A DNA stretch of 63,054 bases, the filler included, from Octopus bimaculoides (taxonomy: Eukaryota), in NCBI RefSeq assembly GCF_001194135.2. It is 7 parts of 6 records of this genome, joined end to end, with 100 filler letters (N's around TTAATTAATTAA, not from the genome) between each part and the next. Parts side by side here need not be neighbours in the genome. Positions count along the whole stretch, not along the records: positions 22,475 to 33,228 come from NC_068996.1; positions 33,329 to 56,183 come from NC_068993.1; 5 more parts are not named here. The stretch is one strand, 5' to 3'. Made by a program: the position numbers and the translations under genes. The notes under the pieces were generated by a model. The model was not told the origin of the DNA, did no database searches, and saw nothing but the letters and a program-made list of their open reading frames with translations. Below are positions 24,420-37,007 of the stretch, in pieces (the stretch's first letter is position 1; each line of letters begins with the position of its first letter).

Positions 24420-24915
24420 NNNNNNNNNNCCAAAACTAAAGACAGTTAAATAGCATGACTACAATATGTCTATAATGACTATATTGCCCTGGTGGTGTTC
24501 GGTCAGAGGTTAAGGACAGACAGATGAGAATTAGTTCTGCAATGCAAATCATTCTATTGTTCCATTACCAAGTTGAATTCTAACTGTTGGTCAATTTGTC
24601 CCAAAGTTCTTATCTTGATATAAAATTAACGAAGCAAATGTCATTTATCTCCCCTTGATCTTTGATGTCTTCCAACAAATACCAACCAAGATGGCATGAA
24701 TCAGCCAAGCTTTACCTGCTAAAAATAGCAACCCAAATGCTTTTTAAATCAGATCCCAATGCTGGATGTTCAACAACCAAATGAAGGGCAGATTTTCAAT
24801 CCCAGGATCATCTTGATTCCAAAAAGGTATAATATGTCTATGTAGAGCAAATGTAGGCTGAGATACAGGGGTCCCAGACAGACAGACAGAATTTCACTAT
24901 TATTATTATTATTAT

Positions 24916-25009
<94 letters not shown>

Positions 25010-25422
25010 CACTCACAGACAAACATTCATGTAATTCATTGCTACAGTCTTATGGAAAGCATTTGATCCAAGAGATGAGTTCAAGATGGAGTCCAAAGTG
25101 AATAACTTAGTCAAGGGTTTTTCATGTTGGATGTAGTTGTAGCCTCTTTTTAGTGTTAACGTCAACAATATTGCTTTCATAAGGGTTTTATAATGCAGAG
25201 GACCACTGGTGTATGGTGTAGTACCATCCCTAAATCTCTTGAAGCTGCATCTTTTTGTTTCCCCCACCCTGAACTTTCTCTTTCCAGATCTTAATTTTCT
25301 TTACTCGTAAATACTTAACAATTTTTTCTGATCTTGTTTTTTTTTTTCCAATTATTAACCAGCAGTAATTAAAACTAAACACTGAACACACGAACCTTAC
25401 TTGTAATTTATTGCATGATGGG

Positions 25423-25640
25423 GTGAAGATGCGTAGCTTAGTGGTTATGGTGTTGGGTTCATGATCACAAGATTGTGGTTTCAATCCCTGGACCGACTGA
25501 TGCATTGTGTTCTTGAGCAAAACACTTCATTTCACGTTGCTCCAGTCCACTCACCTGGCAAAAATGAGTAACGCTGCGATGGATCAGCATCCCATCCAGG
25601 GAAGAATATCCCCAGAGAAACAGGAAAACTGGCCCTGTAC
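25423..25640 (+). mobile_element. tRNA-headed SINE with CORE-like domain (family D)
   Basis: gcgtagcttagtggtt...ggtttcaatccc head followed by tgtgttcttgagcaaaacacttcatttcacgttg; similar at 38262-38450 and 18480-18640 (minus). Confidence 0.75.
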
Positions 25641-26559
25641 TCCTTGCTGAGTAATGTCGATTAAGCGTTGCATGATAAGAGAAGAGCCTTGCAATTTCCT
25701 AGTTTCTAAAACGAGGAACTTCCTAAAATAAAATGATTGAAACCACGTTGCAATATTTTTATCGTTTTTAAGAATGTTGACATCTTTTAGCTACGTACAT
25801 GGCCAGTTTTTGGCGGTATAAGGCTTATGTAGTTAAAAAGGCCCCCATTATTTTGATTATTATTGCTTCTAGAGAAATCTTAGGCCAAGTGGAATGCTAT
25901 CATATATATTTATTCTTCAGGAGCATAAGACTTTAACATTCTTTAACCTTAAGTAATCCCTGACCATTTGGCAATACATTTTCTTGTATTTCTGGTATGG
26001 TTTGGTTTGTTTTGGTGGTTCTTGCTGTGTCTCTATGGATGGTCTTTTTTTTTTTTTATCCTTGGGGATACAGCTCGACTGCTTTTTGGGTTTCAATGCT
26101 ATTCTTCTGAACAATGAACCTGTTGTGCAAGAATATAAACAAATGAAAATCCCAGAATTTCATGCACAGATGTTTATAATGTAAACTGCTGATTTAATGG
26201 AAATATTTAAAATTTAAAATGATTCTTCGACTCATTGAAGAATCAAACTGATTCTTCAACTTATCATAAAACAGCTTAAATTCCTTTTTGGGACTAAGCA
26301 GTGTTATCTTCTCTTCTGATGTTCAGATCATGATAATTGAGAAAACCTTTCTGCAACCACAACACAGAACACACCTAATACTTAGTCACATTCCAGTAAG
26401 GCAGTACTAGTTAAATGACAGTGGTGGAAGTCTCATACACCCAGTACATAGTTATTACACATAACACTCAAACGTTACCAAGGTACGACTAGAAATGCAG
26501 GCATTTAAAAATAAAAAAAAAACTAGTAACATGAAACAGTATGGGCCTTTTTTTAATAC

Positions 26560-27310
26560 AAACCAACACAGACCTTGCCAACTCTCACACGCTTATATCT
26601 TCACCTTAGTGCACTTACAAACTCTATCATTGAGGAGACTTCAATGTGCACACTACATCCTGGTACAAAAACAATACATGCAGCACAAAAGACACAAGTA
26701 TCATGACTAAATTCCTAAGACATCCTAAACTACTTATATTCTTCACTATGCTTACAACTATAATCTTTAGTCATTATCTTCTGCACCACGTACTTTGCTA
26801 GTATGTTCACATAATCACTTGGCTAATAATCTTCAAGTTTCCTGTTTTATTGATCCTGCTTCAGTTCCTTCATCTCTGCCCTCTGACGCTGTTTTCATGA
26901 CTGGTGTGTAGGTAGGTTGAACAATCCAGACTCAAGTTATGGGCAACAAGAACCAGCAGCTGCCATTTTTCCCCATCTCACAAGCTTCTGAAAGTTTGTT
27001 GTCATGTATGCTGAGAAGCTTCCCATCCCGCCAGCTCCTGCAAACTATCAGCCATTTTTGTTCTCCTCTGCCCCCGACAACTGTATCATCTTCACTATTC
27101 TTGCTTCTATCTCCTCCAAATCATGGTTCCTTGTTCATCTACTCTTCAACCCTACATATTTGGCAGTCTGCTTCCTCATCCCCCTCATTCTTCCCATACA
27201 ATCTTGCAAACTAATTCTTCAGCTCACCTTGTTAATTGTAGAACACAAAATGAATTAATCCATTCCAACTCTTACTGTTCATTTTCTCTTTTTTTCCCCT
27301 TCCCCTAATA
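26560..27310 (+). mobile_element. Degenerate L2/CR1-group LINE endonuclease and RT N-terminal remnants
   Basis: GDFNVHTTSW (APE motif GDFNxH), PANYQP (PSNYRP-like) and NHGS (QHGF-like). Confidence 0.5.
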
Positions 27311-27439
27311 GATGTGAGGAGCTATGCAGATTCCCTACAACAACCTTCAGTATCCCAACTTCTCATAGTTGACTCTCCTTGTCCACTTGCATGAAACTGA
27401 CTCACCCCAGGTTCATAGTTCTGTGAGCTGAATGCACCT

Positions 27440-29180
27440 GAATAGTGCAGGTGGCATGAAAAAACCAGCCAGCTCATTCTGTAAAGTGGTTGGTGTTAGG
27501 AAGGGCATCTAGCTGTAGAAACCATGCTAAAGCAAACATTGGAGCTTGATGCTGTTCTAGGATCCATCAATATCTGTTTAACCATCCAGCCCATGCCAGC
27601 ATGGAACACAGGCATTAAATGATGATAGCAAATTCCATATCTACTACCTAGGGGATCAGATTTAGCAATAGGGAAGGATGCACGGAGTCTATGATAGCTA
27701 GAATAAGAATAAGATGGAGGAAATTCACAGAGCTTGTACCTCTGTTGGCCATGAAAGGTTTCTCTGAGTGAAAAGAGGATTGTATGATGCATGTATACAG
27801 ACAGAAATTCTACATGGTTAGTGAGATGTGGGCCCTGAATGTAGAGGACATACGAAGGTTAGAATGAAATGAGGCTAGTATGCTCTGTTGGATGTGTAAT
27901 GTAAGTGTACATGTTTGACAAAGTGCTAGTGTTTTGAGAGAGAATTTAGGCATAAGAAGAAATAGTTGCTGTGTGCAAGAGAGAAGACTGTGTTGGTTTG
28001 GTCATGTGATGCGGATGGATAAAGACAGCTGCATAAAGAAGTGTTGATCTCTCAAAATGGATGGAACATGAGGAAGTGGAAGACATGTTATGAAGTATTG
28101 AAGAATGATCTTGTGTGATGGGGGAAAATAGTCAAGTACATATGGTATTGCAGCTGCTGATTCTTGTTGCCCATAACTTGAGTCTGGATTGTTCAACCTA
28201 CCTACACACCAGTCATGAAAACAGCATCAGAGGGTAGAGATGAAGAAACTGAACCTTTCAGGTGAGATGACAAAGGACCAGGATGACTGTGCTTTGCCAG
28301 ACTCAAGAAGACCTGTATTCTGCAGCACAAATATCAAGACCAATTCTTTTGGTGGTGTAAAGCACTTGCGGGATGCTACATAAAAGCACCTGTGTGGTCC
28401 CACATAAAAATGTTCATGCGACACCACAAAAAACGCCCATGCTATGCTGTGTAAAAGTGCCTGTGTGATGCACCACATGAAAGTGCCCATGCAGTGCCAC
28501 ATGAAAGCACCCTGTACATGCCAAATCAGAGTGGAATCTGGTGCAGCTTGCCAGCCCTGGTCAAACCGTCCAACCCATGCCAGCATGGACAATGGATGTT
28601 AAATGATGACGATGATAATAATACATCTAACTACTACAAAATATATTGAGTGCCCTTTCCTTTCATTTGTCCATTGTGTGGGGTGGGAGTGGGGCTGGCA
28701 TCATGTAAAAAACACGTAGTACATTCTGTAAACTGATTGTTGTTAGGAAAGGCACCCAGCAGTAGAAAACAAGTCAAAAGCAGTGATTGGAGTACATGGC
28801 ATTCCATGGACCATTCAGGTCCTTTTAAACTGTCCAACTGATACCCAGCATGGAGCATGACTGTTAATAATGATTTTTTTTTATGTCTTACAAGTACCTA
28901 GTGACCCTATCAGTGCAGGTACCACTTAAAAGCACCCAATCCACACTGGAAGGGCATCCAGCTGTAAAAACCTTGCCAAAACTGACCTCACCTTTGCTTG
29001 TGCCACGTAAAAAGCACTCAGTCCACTCTGCTGAATGGTTGGTGTTAGGAAGGGCATCCAGCTGTAAAAATCCTGCCAAAACAGTGACAGAAGTCTGGTG
29101 CAGGCTTCTACGTGGCCAGCTCCTGTCAAGCCATCCCACCCATGCCAGCATGGAACATGGATGTTAAATGATGATAATGA
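27440..29180 (+). repeat. Cluster of four RTE-type 3' end repeats
   Basis: Recurrent cccatgccagcatgga...ttaaatgatgat tails at about 27590, 28575, 28845 and 29140; gttaggaagggcatccagctgtaaaa recurs upstream of most of them. Confidence 0.75.
27790..28090 (+). mobile_element. RTE-clade LINE RT C-terminal fragment
   Basis: SEMWALNVEDIRRLE*NEASMLCWMC...LRENLGI...QERRLCWFGHVMRMD, the typical RTE RLRWFGHVxRM motif, with stops. Confidence 0.85.
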
Positions 29181-29457
29181 TGCATCATTTTGTATTGATT
29201 GTTTATAATAAAAATTTATTCCCTGGCCTTAAAGAGAAAGCTTATGACTATGAAAGATTATCGAATTATGAGATTAAAGCATTTGTAAAGCTTAAAAAGT
29301 TTTAGTTGTGTATTCAGAAGCAAGAAACCTTATACATCTTTTATCTGTCACTTGTTTCAGTCATTCGACTGTTGCCATGCTGGAGTAATGTCCTTGAAGA
29401 ATTTTTAGTCAAATGAATCAACTCCTGTACTTATGTTTTTTTTTTTTTAAAGCCCAG

Positions 29458-29842
29458 GATAAGCGCAGGAGTAGCTGTGTGGAAAGTAGCTTGCTTACCA
29501 ACCACATGGTTCCGGGTTCAGTTCCACTGCGTGGCACTTTGGGCAAGTGTCTTCTACTATAGCCTTGGGCTGACCAAAGCCTTGTGAGTGTATTTGGTAG
29601 ACGGAAACTGAAAGAAGCCCATCGTATATATGTATATGTATATATGTGTCTGCGTTTATCCCCCCCAACATTGCTTGACAACCGATGCTGGTGTGTTTAT
29701 GTCCCCGTAACTTAGCGGTTCGGCAAAGAGGCCGACAGAATAAGTACTATGCTTACAAAGAATAAGTCCTAGGGTCGATTTGCTCGACTAAAGGCGGTGC
29801 TCCAGCATGGCCGCAGTCAAATGACTGAAACAAGTAAAAGAG
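29458..29842 (+). mobile_element. tRNA-derived SINE, family B (full length, internal microsatellite)
   Basis: gcaggagtagctgtgtgg head, ccttgggcaag-like central core, tail ccagcatggccgcagtcaaatgactgaaacaagtaaaag. Confidence 0.9.
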
Positions 29843-29913
29843 TAAAGAATCTGGTACTCTATCAGTCTCTTTTCCTGAATTGCTAAGTTACAAAGATCTA
29901 AACACCCCAACAC

Positions 29914-31930
29914 CTGAACAGGTTGGTCAACTGATTTTCATCATAGCCCAGGGTCTCCCCCAAGGCGTCTTCTGACATGGATTCCACTAACCCGCTATAA
30001 AAATCCGCAGTGGAACTTCTGTTGCCGGCATTGCCTGCTCGAGAGAGTAGCTGAAGTGCCTGTCGGCACTCCAATTGCCAGTCCCCCAGCCTAGGTCTCT
30101 GCTTGATCCAGTTACCAACGTCCGTTAAGGACGTTAATTGCGGAAGGTAGAACTGGACATGTGGTGACCACACCTGCTCTCCATCCAGGTAAAGCCAAAG
30201 GTGCCTCAACCTTAACGCGAATTTTCGCATCCTCAGCCAAGGCATCCCTAGCCCACCCTTTAGCGGTTTCAGGCAGCAGACAGAGCACTTCACGAGTGGC
30301 TTTCCTCCCTTCCACAAAAAGCGGAAAAGGATTCTTTCCAACTTGTTCAGCCACAAATCGAGGTAAGGCACCACGGTCAGACGGTAGGTGATAACCGATG
30401 CTATAAACATCTGCACCACCTCCGCCTTTCCTAGCAAGGATAACGCCCGCCCAGACAGGTCTGGGTTAGAGCAGTCACCCTGCTGGTCACCTCGCTCCAA
30501 TTTTTCTCTATCTGGAGGCCTGGCCCGAACCAGACTCCAAGCAGCTTAACAGGACCTTCCGTCCAACGCCCCACGACGTTATTTGATGGCATCGGCTTGC
30601 CCCCCAGGTGCCGACTTGCAAACCGATCGACTTGTCCTTGTTAACTTTTGCTCCTGCTACCGCCTTGTAACTTTTGATAGCCTCTTCCACCACTGGAAAC
30701 TGGCCCTCATCCGTCACGCTGATGGTGATGTCATCCGCATACGCCGTAGCTCCTCTTCCATACCATAGATCATGCGGTGCGCCCCCTATCGCCTCCAACT
30801 TCTGCAGCAATNNNNNNNNNNNNNNNNNNNNNNNNNNNNNNNNNNNNNNNNNNNNNNNNNNNNNNNNNNNNNNNNNNNNNNNNNNNNNNNNNNNNNNNNN
30901 NNNNNNNNNNNNNNNNNNNNNNNNNNNNNNNNNNNNNNNNNNNNNNNNNNNNNNNNNNNNNNNNNNNNNNNNNNNNNNNNNNNNNNNNNNNNNNNNNNNN
31001 NNNNNNNNNNNNNNNNNNNNNNNNNNNNNNNNNNNNNNNNNNNNNNNNNNNNNNNNNNNNNNNNNNNNNNNNNNNNNNNNNNNNNNNNNNNNNNNNNNNN
31101 NNNNNNNNNNNNNNNNNNNNNNNNNNNNNNNNNNNNNNNNNNNNNNNNNNNNNNNNNNNNNNNNNNNNNNNNNNNNNNNNNNNNNNNNNNNNNNNNNNNN
31201 NNNNNNNNNNNNNNNNNNNNNNNNNNNNNNNNNNNNNNNNNNNNNNNNNNNNNNNNNNNNNNNNNNNNNNNNNNNNNNNNNNNNNNNNNNNNNNNNNNNN
31301 NNNNNNNNNNNNNNNNNNNNNNNNNNNNNNNNNNNNNNNNNNNNNNNNNNNNNNNNNNNNNNNNNNNNNNNNNNNNNNNNNNNNNNNNNNNNNNNNNNNN
31401 NNNNNNNNNNNNNNNNNNNNNNNNNNNNNNNNNNNNNNNNNNNNNNNNNNNNNNNNNNNNNNNNNNNNNNNNNNNNNNNNNNNNNNNNNNNNNNNNNNNN
31501 NNNNNNNNNNNNNNNNNNNNNNNNNNNNNNNNNNNNNNNNNNNNNNNNNNNNNNNNNNNNNNNNNNNNNNNNNNNNNNNNNNNNNNNNNNNNNNNNNNNN
31601 NNNNNNNNNNNNNNNNNNNNNNNNNNNNNNNNNNNNNNNNNNNNNNNNNNNNNNNNNNNNNNNNGCCCAGTACCTCGATCACCTCCTCGGCCGTGATTGG
31701 CCCCTCACAGCACTCAGCTTCTCGTGCCGAGAGACGCGGGCCGCCAGACAGGAAGTCCCTAAGGGCCTCGCCATGATCCAGCACCCCGCCACTCCCGAAC
31801 AACTTGGCAAAGTGCTTGTGAAGTGCCTCGCACATCTCGTCCCGTCCATTGACCTAATTGAGACCTAATTGTGGCATCACTGCCATGCTGGGTTTCTACC
31901 ATACGGGCCCATCCGGCAACGTTAATTCCC
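29914..31930 (-). mobile_element. L1/Tx1-clade LINE ORF2 (RT) fragment, frameshifted and gapped
   Basis: Peptides EGPITAEEV, AYADDIT (RT catalytic motif) and FRFLWKGGKPLVK...KGGLGMPWL; N gap 30812-31664. Confidence 0.9.
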
Positions 31931-32350
31931 TTACCACACAGCCACTCCTGTGCTTTTAGATGTCTTAATTTTAAATAAGCACCACACTTCCTTTTACTTT
32001 GTTGTACTTCATGAATCAATAAAACCAGTAACAGCAATATATAGTGATAGGTATTAGGGTGAAGTAAGACAAAAATGGTTCTAATCCATTACAATATGTA
32101 TGTAATAAAAAGGTCAGCGTGACCTAATAGTAAAAAGGATTAATGTATAATTTCTAATGGGTTGATCACATCTGTTTGATATAAACGCGTGTGTTATTTC
32201 ATTAAAGCTGCTCTAATGATGTCTTAATCAGCTGACAGCAAAACTACTTTTACAAAATAAAGTCCAGCCACACTAATATCAAATAAATAAATAAATAATA
32301 AAATAAAAATGCCTTTTAACTCTTGACCCATTTTTGGTAAAAATGCATTT

Positions 32351-32698
32351 CAGTGGTTCTCAACCATTTTTCTCTAATGGACCGTTTTGGTTTTGGTTGA
32401 CCATGACTATTCGAATCCAGGTAAAGAAAAGTCACAGGGGTTTTATCTGGATTAATTGTGACTTTATTACTGGTCACCAACCATTCGATGTTTAAAAACT
32501 AGTTTTGTAGATATTGCTTTCAGAATTCCTATTTTGTTTATCACATTCACTCATGTAGGTTGAAAAAGAAACGTAGCTGTTTCTTGCAATAAATACATCT
32601 AAAATTTTTTACATAGTCTTATAAACTACTACTCTTTTGCTTGTTTGGACCACCCCCAATCTTATACAGTACTCCAGGGTCCACAATGAGAATCACTG
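32351..32698. mobile_element. hAT-type MITE
   Basis: cagtggttctcaacc ... aatgagaatcactg terminal inverted repeats; TSD degenerate. Confidence 0.55.
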
Positions 32699-32816
32699 AT
32701 ATATATTATGCCAAGATGAAGTTTTCCCCCAAAATCCCAAATTTTCTAATAGCATAAGATACTAGGCAGAAAAATAATTATAAATTTAGTACTAGATATA
32801 TTCCCTCCTCTTCATA

Positions 32817-33228
32817 CAGGGGTTGGACAAAATAATGGAAACGCCTTAAAATTTCAAACAAATTCATTTTAATACGGTGTAGGACTGCCTTTGACAGTAA
32901 TTACAGCTTGAATTCTACAAGGTATGAACTTGTACAAAGTCTGAATTGTTTCCAAAGGAATTTTTGTCTTCAGCTAAAACAGTCTCCAGTTCTTGTAGTG
33001 ATGATGGTGGAGGATATCGACTCCTTACTTGTTTCTCTAGAATGCACCATAAATGTTCAATAATATTGAGATTAGGGGACTGTGGTGGCCAGATAAGATG
33101 TTCAACTTCACTAGAATGTTCCTTGTACCATTCAGTAACAACTTTAGCTGTGTGAATTGGTGCATTATCATCCTGAAAAATTGCGTCTCCCTCCGGAAAC
33201 AGTTCTGTAAACATAGGATGAATTTGAT
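32817..33228 (-). mobile_element. Tc1-family DNA transposon end with DD34E transposase C-terminus
   Basis: TA|CAGGGGTTGGACAAAATAATGGAAAC terminal repeat. Minus ORF FQDDNAPIHTAK...WPPQSPNLNIIEHLW; truncated by the gap. Confidence 0.9.
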
Positions 33229-34279
33229 NNNNNNNNNNNNNNNNNNNNNNNNNNNNNNNNNNNNNNNNNNNNTTAATTAATTAANNNNNNNNNNNNNNNN
33301 NNNNNNNNNNNNNNNNNNNNNNNNNNNNGGTAATGGTGGTGGTGACGGGGGGTGGAAGTGATGATGATGGTGGTGATGGTGGTGGTGGTGGTGGTGACGA
33401 CGGAGGTGGTGGTGGCAGTGACGGTAATGGTTGTGTACGAGACGTGGTTGTGGTGGACGTAGTCGAGGTGCTGGTACTGCTGCTGCTGCTGCTGTTGCTA
33501 TTACTGGTTTTTCGAAGTTGTAAGTATAACGGAGCAGAAATCTTTACTGTACTTCATTGCTTCTCAAATCGTTTTCAGTTTAAATTCGGTCCAATCACCT
33601 GCACTCCGATTCTACTGCCCTTACCGTCAACATCATCATAGATATTAAAAAAAACTTCCTACTTATTTAATGGGTATTACTTCATCAGTATGCACAGCCG
33701 TTTGCCCGATGCATATTACTACATGAAACAATCACTGAAATTTTGAAACAGCTGTAAACACCTGTTTCGGAATAACTCTTCTTCGCTTGTAATTTACTTA
33801 TAATAATATGACCGCTTTTGTAAATGATATATGCCATAATGAACGTTGTTGCCGATCTTTTCAATTGTACATACATACATACATACTCAGTGATTTGCAT
33901 ATTAACACACAGATACAAGGGTACATACGCATATCCACATAGGGGCAACGAGATTCCAACCAACTACCTTGATTTCAAAACACACAGTCACTTCCGTTCC
34001 TTCTATAATCTTTCATATTAGGTTTCTCTCTCCTCCTCTCTACTTGTCTCTTTCTTTCCCCCTCTCTCTGGCCTTCTCTCCTCTCTCTCTCTCCCCCTCT
34101 CAGTCACTTTTTTCTTTCACTATACAACTACTACCACCACCACCACCACCACCATCAGAGCCATTATCACGGTTTCTCCCAATCAAAACATACTTTCCAT
34201 TATCACACTTCCGCTTAAACTTTTTCCGCTTCCGAAAATAATATAACAATTGTGTCACTTAGTTTATACATACATACAT

Positions 34280-34310
<31 letters not shown>

Positions 34311-35086
34311 TATACATATGCATATACGTACGTACGTACATACACGCATACATACACACACACACACATATNNNNNNNNNNNNNNNNNNNNNNNNNNNNN
34401 NNNNNNNNNNNNNNNNNNNNNNNNNNNNNNNNNNNNNNNNNNNNNNNNNNNNNNNNNNNNNNNNNNNNNNNNNNNNNNNNNNNNNNNNNNNNNNNNNNNN
34501 NNNNNNNNNNNNNNNNNNNNNNNNNNNNNNNNNNNNNNNNNNNNNNNNNNNNNNNNNNNNNNNNNNNNNNNNNNNNNNNNNNNNNNNNNNNNNNNNNNNN
34601 NNNNNNNNNNNNNNNNNNNNNNNNNNNNNNNNNNNNNNNNNNNNNNNNNNNNNNNNNNNNNNNNNNNNNNNNNNNNNNNNNNNNNNNNNNNNNNNNNNNN
34701 NNNNNNNNNNNNNNNNNNNNNNNNNNNNNNNNNNNNNNNNNNNNNNNNNNNNNNNNNNNNNNNNNNNNNNNNNNNNNNNNNNNNNNNNNNNNNNNNNNNN
34801 NNNNNNNNNNNNNNNNNNNNNNNNNNNNNNNNNNNNNNNNNNNNNNNNNNNNNNNNNNNNNNNNNNNNNNNNNNNNNNNNNNNNNNNNNNNNNNNNNNNN
34901 NNNNNNNNNNNNNNNNNNNNNNNNNNNNNNNNNNNNNNNNNNNNNNNNNNNNNNNNNNNNNNNNNNNNNNNNNNNNNNNNNNNNNNNNNNNNNNNNNNNN
35001 NNNNNNNNNNNNNNNNNNNNNNNNNNNNNNNNNNNNNNNNNNNNNNNNNNNNNNNNNNNATATATATATATATATATAATCCTTAT

Positions 35087-35137
<51 letters not shown>

Positions 35138-36532
35138 ACACACATTTACGACCCTTACCAGAAAGCTCTCAAAAGATAGATATATAAATGTACCATAAAG
35201 ACTAGAACAGGCAGAAACAAAATTGATACCCGAAAGGAAAAACACTCGTAGCGAAAATCTCCCGACCAATTTCATACTAGAACCTAATGTATAGAATACA
35301 TGCATACATGCACACACACACACACACATACACGTAAATATGCATGCTATATATATATATATATATATATATATGACGAGATCCTTTCAGTTTCCGACAA
35401 CCAAATCCATCCACAAGGCTTTTGTCGACTCGAGGCTATAGTAGAAGACATTTGCCCTTGGTACAACGCAGTGGGACTGAACCCAGAACCATGTGATTGA
35501 AAAGCAAGCTTCTTACCACACAGCTTTGCCTGCGACTAATAAGCGTTCCCATTCCGGCAATCGAACCCAGGCCGCCTGTGTGAAATCCAGTATATGCATA
35601 TGTATGTATGCATGTATACATGTATGTATGTATTTATGTATTTATGTATGTATGTATGTATGTATGTATGTATTTATGTATGTATGTATGTATGTATGTA
35701 TGTATGTATGTATTTATGTATGTATGTATGTATGTATGTATCTACAGTCTGTCTGAATCTATTCCTCCAGGGACACTGTGACAGCAATAATATCATCACA
35801 GCTGAACAAGCAGCTGGAGACAGGAACGTGTTTGGGGAAGTAGAGACCAATTCTTAATTAGCAAAACTGTGATGTCAGATGTGCGGTGGACTGGAAGGAA
35901 CTTGGCCACAGTTTGGTTAGGTTAGACAAAAAAAAAAAAAAAAAANNNNNNNNNNNNNNNNNNNNNNNNNNNNNNNNNNNNNNNNNNNNNNNNNNNNNNN
36001 NNNNNNNNNNNNNNNNNNNNNNNNNNNNNNNNNNNNNNNNNNNNNNNNNNNNNNNNNNNNNNNNNNNNNNNNNNNNNNNNNNNNNNNNNNNNNNNNNNNN
36101 NNNNNNNNNNNNNNNNNNNNNNNNNNNNNNNNNNNNNNNNNNNNNNNNNNNNNNNNNNNNNNNNNNNNNNNNNNNNNNNNNNNNNNNNNNNNNNNNNNNN
36201 NNNNNNNNNNNNNNNNNNNNNNNNNNNNNNNNNNNNNNNNNNNNNNNNNNNNNNNNNNNNNNNNNNNNNNNNNNNNNNNNNNNNNNNNNNNNNNNNNNNN
36301 NNNNNNNNNNNNNNNNNNNNNNNNNNNNNNNNNNTATATATATATATATATATATGATGATGATGCTTTTATATTCAATAAACCTCTTTCTCCAGGTTTT
36401 CTTGGGTAAAGGAATGGGGGTGTTTTGAATGGCGCCTGATTGGCTCACAAGAAAACAGAAGCTCCAGCTTCTTACACATTGCTTCTTCGTGGTCGATCTG
36501 AAAGTAGATGTTATGAATATGAGTGACTCGAA

Positions 36533-36699
36533 GAGTATGAAATGGAACGATTGGGCGCGGCAGTTTGGACGGTGGCGCCTTGGCACTGTCGATTATGCAC
36601 TGAACCTGTTTTGGCGACAGTACTTTTTGGCACTGGACGCAAACACACATACAAGCACGTGTGTGCAAAATTATATACATACAAATAAAGTGAGGAAGC

Positions 36700-36731
<32 letters not shown>

Positions 36732-37007
36732 GAGACACACACACAGAGAGAGACAGAGACAGAGACAGACAGACAGACAGACAAACAGACATAGGAAGAG
36801 ACTTTACAATTTCATTTTAATTGAATATAATTGATATAAACATTTTCTTCTAATACACATAAAGGGGAATATTATCACTTAAATTAACACAAAGAGAAAG
36901 GGGGTGGAGAGAAAGAGATGTAGGTGGGGAGAGAACCAAAATACATAAAAAAATGTCTGTTTCGAATCAGCGACGCCAAAACGGCTGTGCCGTAATGTCT
37001 CGTACTC
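36533..37007. mobile_element. Possible MULE-like foldback MITE
   Basis: gagta...tactc ends with repeated inverted GC-rich motifs (gttttggcg / cgccaaaacggc); no TSD found. Confidence 0.3.

Noticed and set aside
36375-36794. Overlapping 121-aa ORFs on both strands
   Set aside because: Start in microsatellite, overlap a MITE-like repeat, and have no recognisable domain or splice support.
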